Source: Mobula hypostoma (lineage: Eukaryota). From it: a stretch of DNA of 64,000 bases. The stretch is from assembly GCF_963921235.1 (NCBI RefSeq), contig NC_086108.1, positions 62,560,001 through 62,624,000 on the forward strand, given 5' to 3'. Every line of letters begins with the position of its first letter. The stretch's first letter is position 1. The notes beneath the pieces are model-generated. The model did not search any database. It was not told the origin of the DNA and saw only the letters and a list, made by a program, of their open reading frames with translations. Positions 40,374-51,420 of this stretch are shown here, piece by piece. Both the position numbers and the translations under genes were made by a program.

Positions 40374-43247
40374 TTAATAATCCCTTAGACCAGGCTCCAA
40401 CTCAGCAAACTTCATAGTGGCCAAAAACACTGATGAATTGCGACCAATGTAACCTCTCATTTGGTTTTGTCCCGGACCACAATAACAAGGGTCGTCCCAT
40501 TCCGACTCAGTTTTCTCTCGCAAGGGCTTAGTAGGAGGGGGACGGGTATTGACCGCAGAGTTATTGCAAAACTTCCTGCAGTACCCCACCATCTCCAAAA
40601 GCCTTCTGAGGGCCCTCTTGTCTGTCGGGGTTGGGAGGTCAGCGATAGCCTGCACTGTAGCTTGCATCACTGCCAGCTGCCCCTGTGTCACCACAATTCC
40701 CAGGTAAGTGACCTTCGTGTGGCCGAATTCATTTTTTCCAAGGCTCACTATCACGCTGGCTTCAGACAGCCGTATTAAATTGCCAATACACACCTCTGTG
40801 TTCATCAGCCCTTTAGTCACTGAATTACTCGAAAAATATGGGTGTTGTTTACTTGGCTGCCCTATTGTAACCACAATCACCCAACGTCCCAGTTCTTTGC
40901 ATTTCCTCGGGACAATCAAACACATGGGTGCGAGTCGTTTAATTACTCCTTCGGGGATTAAGGGAGAGACCTTATCAGTAGACCTGGCCAAAACAATAGC
41001 CTTCTCCCATCTGACCGATCCCATCCTAATCTTTTCAAAATGGTTTTTTCCTCTTAGCAGGGGGCCCCTAGCTTCATTGATTTCCACGCTAACACCGACT
41101 AGGTTTGTTAGCATATCAAAAGCCGGTGACCGTCTCAGTTCGCGTCGGTCATGATCAATAACATTTTTCCCCCTGGGCAGCCGGTAACTCTCTTTCATGA
41201 TTCCACCAACTGTTTCCTCCAGCACCGCAAAATGTCCACCGGGGGGTACCTCGTGGGCCATGTTAAAAACCTCATCCCCATAACTCTTTTGCATCACCCC
41301 CCACTCCTCATCTGCGGATACTGTCCTTGATTTCCCTTTCTTCCTTAGCACTTCCTCATCCGCACAATAGCCTACTAGTTCCCTTGTCAAGGCTGTGTCA
41401 GAGAGAGCTGTCTCTGCAAAAACCATCAGCCCCTCGTCTCGCTCCTGCGTCTGCACAAATTCTTTCCTGGCTACTGCTACGTCCGTCCCAGCTCCCTCAC
41501 TACCTCTTATCTCACTACACCCTGTCTCATACAAGGTTGGCAGAAATGTTTCAGCCAAATTCACCATCGCGGGCGGGGCCTCCATGCTGGCAGGCTGACC
41601 CGTCAATCTCACGACTGGGAACACGATTCCTCTGGCGATGTCATTACCGAGCAAGACTTCCACGTCTTTCATCGGTAATTCGGACCTCACCCCAATCGTG
41701 ACTAGTCCAGAGACCAGGTTGCTCTGTAAGTGTATCTGGTGCAAAGGGACTGACTCTGTCCCTTCCCCAACACCTTTGACCTCTACCTCCCCAGTCTGGG
41801 TCTCTGAGCTAAACTCTAATACACTCTTCAGTATTAGTGACTGACACGCTCCCGTGTCTCTCCAGATCCGCACTGGAACTGGTTTTAACCTCTCCTTCAC
41901 TGACACCAGTCCGGCCGAGATAAACCTCTCACGCCCTTCCTGGACTTTTTCAGACCTGTCCTTCCCTAGCGGTTCGCTTAACAGCTCGATACAGCCATTC
42001 AAAATTTCCGCTTTTCCTTTCCCCGTCTCCTTCCTTGGGGCAAAGCACCTGGACGCAAAGTGTCCGACTTTCCCACAGTTATAACAGACGACCCCAGGAG
42101 ACTTCCTACCAGACTGCTCCCGGTCTACCTTATCCTTTTCACTAGTCCCCGGCTTACTTTCTGACTTTTCCGGTGGACTCTCCCCGCCGTCCTGACTACC
42201 CTTCTGGTAGCCTTTACTCGGGGCAACCTTCATTTTATGCGTCAACGCATACTCATCCGCTAACTTAGCAGTTGCGGCTAACGTGGCTGCCTCTTTCTCA
42301 TCGAGGTAGGGTCTCATACCCTCAGGGACACAACCTTTAAACTGCTCAATCAGAATCAGTTGCAGCAGTCTGTCATAATCCCCCTCTACCCCTTTCGAGG
42401 CGCACCAACGCTCACAATATGTTTGCATCTCACGAGCAAACTCCAAATACGTGCGGTCCCACCGCTTCCTCGCATTCCGGAACCTCTGCCGGTATGCCTC
42501 CGGGACCAACTCATAAATCCTGAGGATGGCCTCCTTCACCACCTCATACTTCTGGGCATCTTCCGCGGATAAGGCGGAGTAAGCTTGTTGGGCTTTCCCT
42601 TTCAGTACACTCTGAAGTAAAACAACCCACTTATCCCTCGGCCAGTCCTGACTTATAGCTACTTTTTCGAAGTGGAGAAAGTACCGATCCACATCGGTAT
42701 CGTCAAATGGGGGAACCAGCCTAACCTCCTGGGTCGCCCGGAACCCTCCACCTTGGTTTGGCACGAGCCCCTGCTCGGCCCTTATCTTTAACTTCTCCAG
42801 CTCAAATTCCCTTTCCCTCTGTTTCTCCTCTCTCTCCAACTGTCTTTCTCTCTCTTGCCTTTCTAACTCTTTCTCTCTCTCCCGCCTTTCTAACTCTCTC
42901 TCTTTCTCCCGCCTTTCTAACTCTCTCTCTTTCTCCCGCCTTTCTAACTGCTTCTCTTCGTGTTCTAACTGCCGTACCCGGAACTCGTGCTCGAGTCTCA
43001 GTTTTTCAAGCTGTACCTGTACCGCGTCTCCAGCAGGTTTTTCAATAGACACCTCCCCCAGCTCACCTTGGGGAAACACACCTTTAGATACATAGTGCTC
43101 TACAATAGCTCTGTGTATCTCCTCTCTCCTCATTGTCGACTTCACCTTAGCAAGATTCACCCGTTTGGCCACAGCTATCAATTCCGATTTCCTGGCATCC
43201 TCTAATGCCTCCAAGGTCGGCGCCTTTATAAATTCCTCAACCTCCAT
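40374..43247 (-). CDS. 957-aa Gag-protease polyprotein with vestigial INT/RT/RH segments
   Basis: Coiled coil (ERREKEREL repeats); capsid/SCAN-like 'VKEAILRIYELVPEAYRQRFR...ILIEQF...LADEY'; CCHC 'CYNCGKVGHFASRC'; protease 'RDTGACQSLI...LLGND'; 'AHEVPPGGHF'; 'KQHPY'; 'KVTYLG...LRRLLEMVGYCRKF'. Confidence 0.9.
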   Translation of the reverse strand: MEVEEFIKAPTLEALEDARKSELIAVAKRVNLAKVKSTMRREEIHRAIVEHYVSKGVFPQGELGEVSIEKPAGDAVQVQLEKLRLEHEFRVRQLEHEEKQLERREKERELERREKERELERREREKELERQERERQLEREEKQREREFELEKLKIRAEQGLVPNQGGGFRATQEVRLVPPFDDTDVDRYFLHFEKVAISQDWPRDKWVVLLQSVLKGKAQQAYSALSAEDAQKYEVVKEAILRIYELVPEAYRQRFRNARKRWDRTYLEFAREMQTYCERWCASKGVEGDYDRLLQLILIEQFKGCVPEGMRPYLDEKEAATLAATAKLADEYALTHKMKVAPSKGYQKGSQDGGESPPEKSESKPGTSEKDKVDREQSGRKSPGVVCYNCGKVGHFASRCFAPRKETGKGKAEILNGCIELLSEPLGKDRSEKVQEGRERFISAGLVSVKERLKPVPVRIWRDTGACQSLILKSVLEFSSETQTGEVEVKGVGEGTESVPLHQIHLQSNLVSGLVTIGVRSELPMKDVEVLLGNDIARGIVFPVVRLTGQPASMEAPPAMVNLAETFLPTLYETGCSEIRGSEGAGTDVAVARKEFVQTQERDEGLMVFAETALSDTALTRELVGYCADEEVLRKKGKSRTVSADEEWGVMQKSYGDEVFNMAHEVPPGGHFAVLEETVGGIMKESYRLPRGKNVIDHDRRELRRSPAFDMLTNLVGVSVEINEARGPLLRGKNHFEKIRMGSVRWEKAIVLARSTDKVSPLIPEGVIKRLAPMCLIVPRKCKELGRWVIVVTIGQPSKQHPYFSSNSVTKGLMNTEVCIGNLIRLSEASVIVSLGKNEFGHTKVTYLGIVVTQGQLAVMQATVQAIADLPTPTDKRALRRLLEMVGYCRKFCNNSAVNTRPPPTKPLREKTESEWDDPCYCGPGQNQMRGYIGRNSSVFLATMKFAELEPGLRDY

Positions 43248-43323
43248 TTCTGCTGTTTGTCTTTTCTTTCTTTCGGGAATTTTAACCCAATCAATTTACT
43301 CCGTCCCAAATTCAGCGTTCAAA

Positions 43324-43342
43324 ATCGCGGACGAGAACCCCA
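43324..43342 (-). promoter_or_regulatory. Primer-binding site, tRNA-Pro-like (imperfect)
   Basis: Minus strand TGGGGTTCTCGTCCGCGAT, 4 nt inside the 5' LTR, versus canonical PBS-Pro TGGGGGCTCGTCCGGGAT. Confidence 0.8.
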
Positions 43343-43346
43343 CTTA

Positions 43347-44183
43347 TGTTACGTACCCCGTAACTGGGTTGCCAAACCAGCAGAAATGGATCACTCAGTT
43401 GGAGTCTGGAGTACTAGAACTAAGAAAGTTTTATTAAAGAAACAAGCAACACAGTAATCGAAAGGATAATAAATGCAACAATTCAACAATGATAACCACA
43501 CATGTGCACAGAATTAAGATAACAGCATCAATCAAGCTCTACCGTTGTCTAGGGGTAAATGACCAATTTCAAAATGACTCAAAGTTCAGTTCGCAGTAAT
43601 CGTTGCCATGGCGATGGACAAGGTGGGGGAAGAGAGACAGAGAGAACAACTCATCATTCAGCACAGCTTCACTCACAGACCAGCGAGATTGCTCACGAGC
43701 AACTTTTGGGCGGGTCCTTGGTGATGTCACCTGAGGTCACCGACTGTGACCCCTCCTCCAGATGCGGTCGATCCTCTGCAGTGAACCCGGCACCCAGGCA
43801 AGGGCGGACACACACCGGGTTCCCGCTGATCGTACCTTTCCACCCTGTGCGTTGTCCGGTACTTCTCACCACTCGTGAGAGGCGCACCGCTTCCAGGGTC
43901 TCGTTACCTCGGGTGGCGTGTGTGTCTGTCTTAGCGAACCTGTCCCTTTTTATCCCCCTGCTGGGGTATCGCCTGTCCATCACTTCAAACAGTTCAGGGT
44001 TCAAAGGGGGGAGCCGCTCCAGACAGCTCTTCCTCCCACATCCCTTCATTACACATCTCCAGACGCTGCTCCATTGTTCCTTATCTCTCCTTCCCCTGAG
44101 GGCAGGTGGCAGACCAACTGCTGATGCCACTGATGCTAGCCCAGGCCAGCAAACATCTTAATTTTATGTGTATTCTCGTAACA
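43347..44183 (-). repeat. 5' LTR
   Basis: Direct repeat of 39365-40201, followed by the PBS; AATAAA on the minus strand near 43430. Confidence 0.97.
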
Positions 44184-44672
44184 CTACACTCAGGTTGGAG
44201 GAACAACGCCTTATATTCCGTCTGGGTAGCCTCCAACCTGATGGCATGAATATTGACTTCTCTAACTTCCACTAATGCCCCACCTCCCCCTCATATCCCA
44301 TCTGTTATTTATTTATATACACACATTCTTTCTCTCTCTCTCCTTTTTCTCCCTCTGTCCCTCTGACTATACTCCTTGCCCATCCTCTGGGTTTTCCCCC
44401 CCTTCCCCTTTTCCTTCTCCCTGGGCCTTCTGTCCCATGATCCTCTCATATCCCTTTTGCCAATCACCTGTCCAGCTCTTGGCTCCATCCCTCCCCCTCC
44501 TGTCTTTTCCTATCATTTTGGATCTCCGCCTCCCCCTCCCACTTTCAAATCTCTTACCAGCTCTTCCTTCAGTTAGTCCTGACAAAGGGTCTCGGCCCAA
44601 AACATCGACTGTACCTCTTCCTAGAGATGCTGCCTGGCCTGCTGCGTTCACCAGCAACTTTGATGTGTGTTG

Positions 44673-47600
44673 TTTTGGTGAATGATATTTGCGATTTGAT
44701 TTTTTTTTTGCCTGCGTAAGTAAATCAGTTTGAGTTAAACTGCTGCAGGACCCTGCAATGTGTTGGATTGGTTTTGGGTTCTTTTGGCATTTTCTGCATT
44801 TATCATCTTGAATTGGTAGGTCTTTTATCATGTACTTTTGCTGATTTTTTTGTTAACCACCTACTCTTCTATTGCCACAAGGAACCTTTCTAGTTCTGGG
44901 AAGAAGTCTCCAACTCTGGGCCAGGCGCTCGACGCTTCCTCCTTGATATCTATTTTGCTCAGGTCGTTGGAATGTCTTCTGTGGAGGGTTAAGCTCTTCT
45001 ATTGGTTAACTTTTTCTTCAATAGTGATAGTTTCTTCACTTTTCTGAGTTGAGCTTTCATTTAAGTTGAGAGGTGTGTATTTCTTATCAGAATTGCATAT
45101 GCTTGCATGGAGTGCTAAATCCAGTTGCTGTTGATGATAGTATATCCTTAGAACTTTCATCTGACTGTTTTGTAAGTTTTTAATGTCTGCTATTCTTCTT
45201 TCTCCATCTGTCTTAGTGAGGGTTAACCTAAGCACACTCGAGTTCAGGAAAGCTTCTTAAATCAGTATGTAAAAGTCGCAACATGGAGTGAATGATACTG
45301 AATCTGCTATTAGGGAATGAGACAGGGTAGGTGACAGAAGTTCGTGTAGGGGAACACTTTGTATCTAGTGATCACAAAGCCATTAGTTTTAAAGTAAATA
45401 CACAAAAAGATAGGTCTAGTCCATGGGTTGAGATTCTAAATTGAAGAAAGGCCAGTTTTGGTGGTATCAGAAATGATCTGAAAAGTGTGGATTGGACAGG
45501 CTGTGTAATGGCGAAGGAGTACTTGGTGAGTGAGAGCCTTCAAAGGAGAAATTTAGAGAGTACAAAGCTTGTATGTGCCTGTCTGAATCAAAGGTATAGA
45601 TAACAAATGTAGGGACGCTTAGTTTTCAAGAAAAATTGAGACCCTGGTTAAGAGAAAAAAAGAAGCGCTTAGTGGGCGTAAGCAGGTAGGAACAAATGGG
45701 GTGCTTATGGAGCATAATAAATGCAGGAGAACACTTTAGAAAGAAATCGGGAGGGCTGAAAGAAGGTATAAAGTTGCTCTAGCAGACAAGATGAAGGAGA
45801 ATCCGAAGAGGTTCAACAGATATGTTAAGAGCAAAAGGATTGCAGGAATCAAAATTGATCCTTTGGAAGATCAGAATGGTTATCCATGTATGAAACCAAA
45901 ACAGATGGGGGAGATGTTAAAAATTTTTTTTGCATGTTTATTTACTCAGTAGACAGACACAGAGTCTATAGACTGAGGTAAAGTGGCATCAACTTCTTGG
46001 ACCCTGTACTGATTACTGAGGACAAGGTATTTGCTATCCTGAGGCAAATCAGAGTGGATAAATCACCAGACTCTGACTTGGACCGTATGGGAGGCAAGTG
46101 CATAAATTGCTGGGGCCTCAGCAGAGATATTTAAATCATCCTTAACGAAAGGAGAAGTACCAGAGGATTGGAGGATAGCCAATGTTGTTCAGCTGTTTAA
46201 GAAAGTCTTTAAAGATAAACCAGGAAGTTATAGGCCAGTGATTCTGACATCAGTTGTGGGAAAGTTATTGTAAGGTATTCAATCAGATTCGATATACAAT
46301 TATTTGGATAGACATGGACTGATTAAGCATAGTCAGCATGGCTTCATGTATGGCAGGTCATGTCTAACCAATCATATATAGAGTTTTCAAGGACGTTACC
46401 ATGAGAGTGGATGAAGGCAAGGCAGTAGATGTTGTCTACATGGACTTTAGCAAGGCCATAGAGGGAGGTTTGTCAGGAAGGTTCAGTCATTCAGCATTCA
46501 AAATGGTGTAATAAATTTGCTTTGTGGGAGAAGCCATAAATTGGTAGTAGATGGTTGTCTCTCTCACTGCTGGCCTGTGACTAGTGGTGTGTTGCAGGGA
46601 CTGGATCTGTTGTTGTTTGACATCTATATCAAAGATCTGGCTGATAATGTGGTTAAGTGGATCAACAAGTTTGTGGATGACATCAAGATTGAGGGTGTAG
46701 TGGACAGCAAACAGGCTATCATGGCTTGCAGAGGGATCTGTATCAGCTGGATAAATGGGCTGAAAAATGGCAGATGGAATTTAATGCAGACAAGTGTGAG
46801 GTGTTGCACTTCATAGGACCAACCAGAGTAGGCTTTACACAGTGAACAATAGGGCATTGAGGAGTTATAGAACAAAGGGGTCCGGGAGCACAGGTCCATT
46901 GTTCATTGAAAGTAGCATCACAGGTAGATAGAGTTGTAAAGAAAGGTTTTGGCATATTGGCCTTCATAAATCAATTTATTGATTACAGGAGTTGAATGTT
47001 ATGTTGAAGTTGTATAAGACATTGGTGAGGCCTAATTTGGAGTATTGTGTGCAGTTCAGTCTCATACATACAGAAAAGATGTAAACAAGATTGAAGGAGT
47101 ACAGGGAAAATTTACAAGGATGTTGCCTGGTCTGGAGGATCTGAGTTATAAGAAAGGATTGAATAGGTTAGGACTTTATTTCTTAGAATGTAGAAGATTG
47201 AGAGGATGATTTAATACAGGTATACAAAATTCTGAGGGGTGTTAGATTAGGTAAATGCAAGGAGGCTTTTTCCACTGAGGTTGGATGGGACTACGTACAG
47301 AGGTCATGTGTTAAGGGTGAAAGGTGAAAAGTTTAAGGGATAATGAGGGAAAATTTCTTCACTGACAGGGTCATAAGAGTGTGGTATGGGCTGCCAGCAC
47401 AAGTAGTGCATGCAAGTTTGATTTTAATGTTTAAGCAAAGTTTGGATAGGTACATGGATGGTTGGGGTATGGAGGGCAATGGTCCCGGTGCAGGTTAATG
47501 GGAGTAGGCAGTTTATATGCTTTTGGCATTGACTATAAAAGTCAAAGGGCCTGTTTCAGTGCTGTACTTCTCCATGACTCAATGACTGTACATAGTGTAC

Positions 47601-48545
47601 TCTAACATTTGTCATTTAAGTTCTTATTTTTCTTTTTAAATTTTCCAAAGTGGTTTTAGACCAAGATATTACGCCAAAAGAATATGTCAATATGGGTATA
47701 GCAAAACTGTTGATTGCCTTTGTTATATTTTTACCACTGAGCTCTGTTCAGAAGATTTTCTTAAGCCTTGAAATAAATTCTGTCAAAAGTTTTCCCTTTA
47801 TTGCACTATGATCTATTTTCCTTTGCTTGTTAATATTCCAGATACTTGTATGTTTCATATTCAACCATCAGTTGTGTTGTATCCTGCTGCTTTGTTTAAT
47901 ATTCTACCAGCTCTATTGCACCTTTCTTTATGTTTAAGGTTTTGCACTTATCTAGTCCAAAGTCCAAGTTTATATCTTTCAAAAAATAGTTATACTATTT
48001 GAATTAATTGCTTTAGCTTTTCTGATGAAGGAGCATTTAATTTCAAATCATCCAGGGTTTAATTTGTTTGGTTGTTTCTGATTTGATAACCAATTTTAAT
48101 CTGATTCACTAAATTAGAGAGAAGGTTTAAGGCTGGACAAAACCATAGTGGGCTTAGAGTGATCCCCTTGAAAATGCTTGGTTTATTTCATGAATGGAGG
48201 TTCTCCTTTATAGGTGTTAACAGAGACACTGATTATAGTACGCCAATGCTTCATCAGATATTGAAAGAATTTTACAAATATTGGGTATAGTTTATATATA
48301 TTAAGATCTTTTATTAACCATGAGTGTGGAATAAAATCAAATGCTTTTTGGTAGCCAATATGAGAACACGAACGATCTCTGCTTTTCCTCTGGGCTTGAT
48401 TTAGAATTACAGAATCTATTATCAGTTGTTCTTTACATCCTTTCATAGAATTACTTCATAATTTCTCCTCTTCTGTAAGTATATTGTAGTTATCTAAGTG
48501 AGTGCAGATTAATTGCAAGATGCATGATACAATTTTGTATATAGC
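44673..48545 (-). mobile_element. R4/Dong-like retrotransposon body (copy A), interrupted by CR1
   Basis: CCHC 'DKCRKCQKNPKPIQHIAGSC'; RT 'KGCKEQLIIDSVI...YQKAFDFIPHSWL'; 'RLTLTKTDGERR'. Confidence 0.8.
45244..47586 (+). mobile_element. CR1 LINE nested in R4-like copy A
   Basis: 'SDHK', 'YRPVILTSVVGK', 'DVVYMDFSKA', 'KFVDDIK'; tail 'ctccatgactcaatgact'. Confidence 0.9.
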
Positions 48546-49189
48546 TATTATCATTTTTTTAAATTTATTTTTTCCCAGCTCATGCTTGTGAAACCTGAGG
48601 TACAGACGTAGCCATGCACCCTCATTTCTCAGTTGCTAGGAATTTTCAGACTATTCTAGTGATGTTTAGTATTGTGGCTTTTTGAAGATTTACATAGATA
48701 TTGCTGTGTAGCCCTAATTGTTTAATGCTATTTTGTCGTGACTTTGGAATGATACCAGTTGTAGGTATTACTATTGGGACGTATTGGGTTCATATTCCAT
48801 AGTCTTTCAATTTCCTCTTTTACTTCAGCATATTTCTGGTGTTTTTCCCTTCCTGTTTCTGTAAGTTATGTATTTTTGGAACGGCTTTATCTGTTACGTA
48901 AGTTGTTCTTGCTTGTTTACCCTGTGTTATTATTTCTGGACTGTAATAATGGATTGGTTGTCACATAATTTCTGGTATTCTAACGCTAAAACCGGATTAG
49001 GCTTGTATTTATAGTAAGGTATGATTTCTTTTGAGTTTGTATTTTAAAGCAAGATTTTGGTGAATGATATTTGCTACTTGATTGTGCCTGTGTGAGAAAT
49101 CAGATTACGTTAAAGTGCAATGGGATCCTGTGATGTGTTGGATTGTTTCTGGTTTTCCTTGGCATTTTATACATTCATTATCTTGAATA

Positions 49190-50270
49190 TGAGTTGAATT
49201 GAATTGACTTTATTACTTATATCCTTCATATACATGAGGTGTAAAAATCTTTATGTTACATCTCCATCTAAATGTGCAATGTAAAATTTATAGTAATTTA
49301 TAATAACTAGTATGTACAACAGGATTGTCAATATAACATAGAAATACAGTTGTGTCCAACATGTGTTAAGTAGTCTGATGGCTTGGTGGAAAAAGCTCTC
49401 CCGGAGCCTGTTGGTCCTGGCTTTTATGCTGCAGTCCCATTTCCCGGATGGTAGCAGCTGGAACAGTGTGTGGTTGGTGTGACTTGGATCCCCAATGAAT
49501 CTTAGGGCTCTTTTTATACAGCTGTCTTTGTAAATGTCCTGAATAGTGGGAAGTTCATATCTACAGATGGGCTGGGCTGTCTGCACCACTCTCTACAGAG
49601 TCCTGAAATTGAGGGAAGTACAGTTCCTATACCAGGCAGTGATGCAGCCAGTCAGGATGCTCTCAACTGTGCCCCTGTAGAAATTTCTTAGGATTTGGGG
49701 GCCCATACCAAACCTCTTCAAATGTCTGAAGTGAAAGCGGTACTGTTGTGCTTTTTTCACCACACAGCCAGTATGTACAGACCACATGAGATCCTCGGTG
49801 ATGTGTATACCTGTGGTAAACCATATATATATGTTGTAAATGGGTTACCTATCTGGACACGTCCCTCTGCTGACTGCTCCTGTGGCTCCTTCCACAGACC
49901 CTGAATAAAGGCGATTGTGCCATTGCTCCTCCTCTCAGTCCAGGAGCAGATACTCAGCATGGTGGAGGTCACATTTTACTGCTAATAAAAGCCTTTCAGT
50001 ATTTACTCTACTTCCAGTCTTTTGGAGTTATTGATAGTGCATCAATGCTGAAACATTTAACCCTCTCAACCCCAGATCCATTGATGTCAATAGGGGTTAC
50101 CCTGTCTCCATTCCTCCTGTAGTTCACAACCAGCCCTTCTGTTTTTGCGACACTGAGGGAGAGGTTGTTGTCTTGACATCACTGTGTCACATTGATGACT
50201 TCTTCTCTGTAGACTGCCTCATTATTATTTGAGATTAGGCCAATCAGTGTGGTGTGATCAGCAAATATAA
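49190..50270 (-). mobile_element. Rex1/Babar-like fragment nested in R4-like copy B
   Basis: 'NFYRGTVESILTGCITAWY', 'LFQLLPSGK'; tail reads (TTGAA)n on the + strand. Confidence 0.85.
49812..50044 (+). mobile_element. Short solo LTR (233 bp)
   Basis: TG...CA ends, AATAAA at ~49985, interrupts the Rex1 copy; decayed 5-bp TSD ATACC/ATGCT. Confidence 0.65.
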
Positions 50271-51179
50271 TTTGGTCTTTTATTATGTATTTTTAAAAAT
50301 AATTTTTTATGTTAACAACCTTGCCTTTTATTGCAAAAACAAACCCTTCTGTTTCTGGAAAGAGGTCTTCAACTCTAAGCCAGGCGTTCGATGCTTCCTT
50401 GTCGACACCTACTCTGTTCCGATCATGGGGATGTCTTCCATGATCATGCTGTTCCATTGGTTAACTTCTTCAATCGTGATAATTTCTTCATGTTTCTGTG
50501 TTGTCCTCTCACTTAAGCTTAGCAGTGCATACTTCTTATCAGAATTGCATATGCTCACGTGGAGTACTGAATACTGTTTCCATTGATGAAAATATATCTT
50601 CAGATGTTTTATCTGACTGTTGTGTGGATAGTTAATGTCTGTTATTTCTCTTCCCTCTTCTATACTAGATAGTGTTAATCTCTGTGCATTCGAGTGTACA
50701 TACTGTTTTCTGAAATTTGTCACTTCAGTACTTATTTTTCTTTGTAAATTTTCCAGATCATTTTTGGACCAAGATGTTATGCCAAACAAAAACATTAATA
50801 TTGGTATAACGAATGTGTTTATTGTCAATGTTATATTTTTACGGTTGAGCTCTGTTTGGCAGATTTTCTTAAGTCTTGAAGTAAATTCTAACAAAAGTTT
50901 TTCCTTTATTGCACTATGATCCGTTTTCTTTGCTTGTTGATATAGCTTCATTTCAAGGTTCATTTCATCTGTCGGTTGTATTATATCCTGTTGCTCAGTA
51001 TTCTGCAAGCTCTTTTGCACCTTTCTTTATGTTTAATGTTCTGCACTTATCCAGTCCAAAGTTCATGTTTATATTCTTAGAAAATAGTTCCACTATTTGA
51101 ATTAATTGCTTTAGCTTAACTGATGGAGTTAATAATAACTAAGTGTAATTATATATATGTTAAAAAATAAATATATATT

Positions 51180-51420
51180 AATATTATTATTCCTTTTTTT
51201 CTCTTTCTTTTTGTATTTGCACAGTTTGTTGTTTTTTTCACATTGATTGTTTGTCCGTCTAGTTGGATGCAGTCTTTTATTGATTCTATTATACTTGCTT
51301 CTTGTATTTATTATGAATGCCCACAAGACAATGAATTTCAGGTGTTGTGATGTATATGGTGATGTATAATGAATTTGATAATAAATTTAGTTTGAAAGTT
51401 GAACATTTCAAACTTTGAAC
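51180..51420 (+). mobile_element. Rex1/Babar-like distal 3' UTR
   Basis: 'ttattatt...gtatttgcacagtttgttg...gataataaattt...ctttgaac' matches 10135-10338. Confidence 0.75.

Larger units (their letters stand above)
39365..44183 (-). mobile_element. Young non-autonomous Gmr1-like Ty3/Gypsy LTR retrotransposon
   Basis: LTRs 39365-40201 and 43347-44183 (837 bp, TGTTAC...GTAACA, one mismatch found at 39728/43710); TSD CTAC; PBS; PPT; single ORF. Confidence 0.97.
39273..44672 (+). mobile_element. Penelope 3' fragment split by the LTR retrotransposon (39273-39364 and 44184-44672)
   Basis: 'caagatgaagctac' and 'ctacactcaggttggaggaac' rejoin into the sequence seen at 56423-56453. Confidence 0.9.
48570..51127 (-). 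mobile_element. R4/Dong-like retrotransposon (copy B), head-to-tail with copy A
   Basis: Same 3' end and RLE domain as 38428-38912; 'EFTSRLKKICQTELNRKN...INTFVIPILMFLFG'. Confidence 0.8.

Noticed and set aside
40461..43205. Several + strand ORFs opposite the polyprotein
   Set aside because: Antisense shadows of the coding strand with no independent motifs
40374..43247. Possible domesticated SCAN/Gag host gene
   Set aside because: Flanked by near-identical LTRs, PBS, PPT and TSD, so it is a recent mobile insertion
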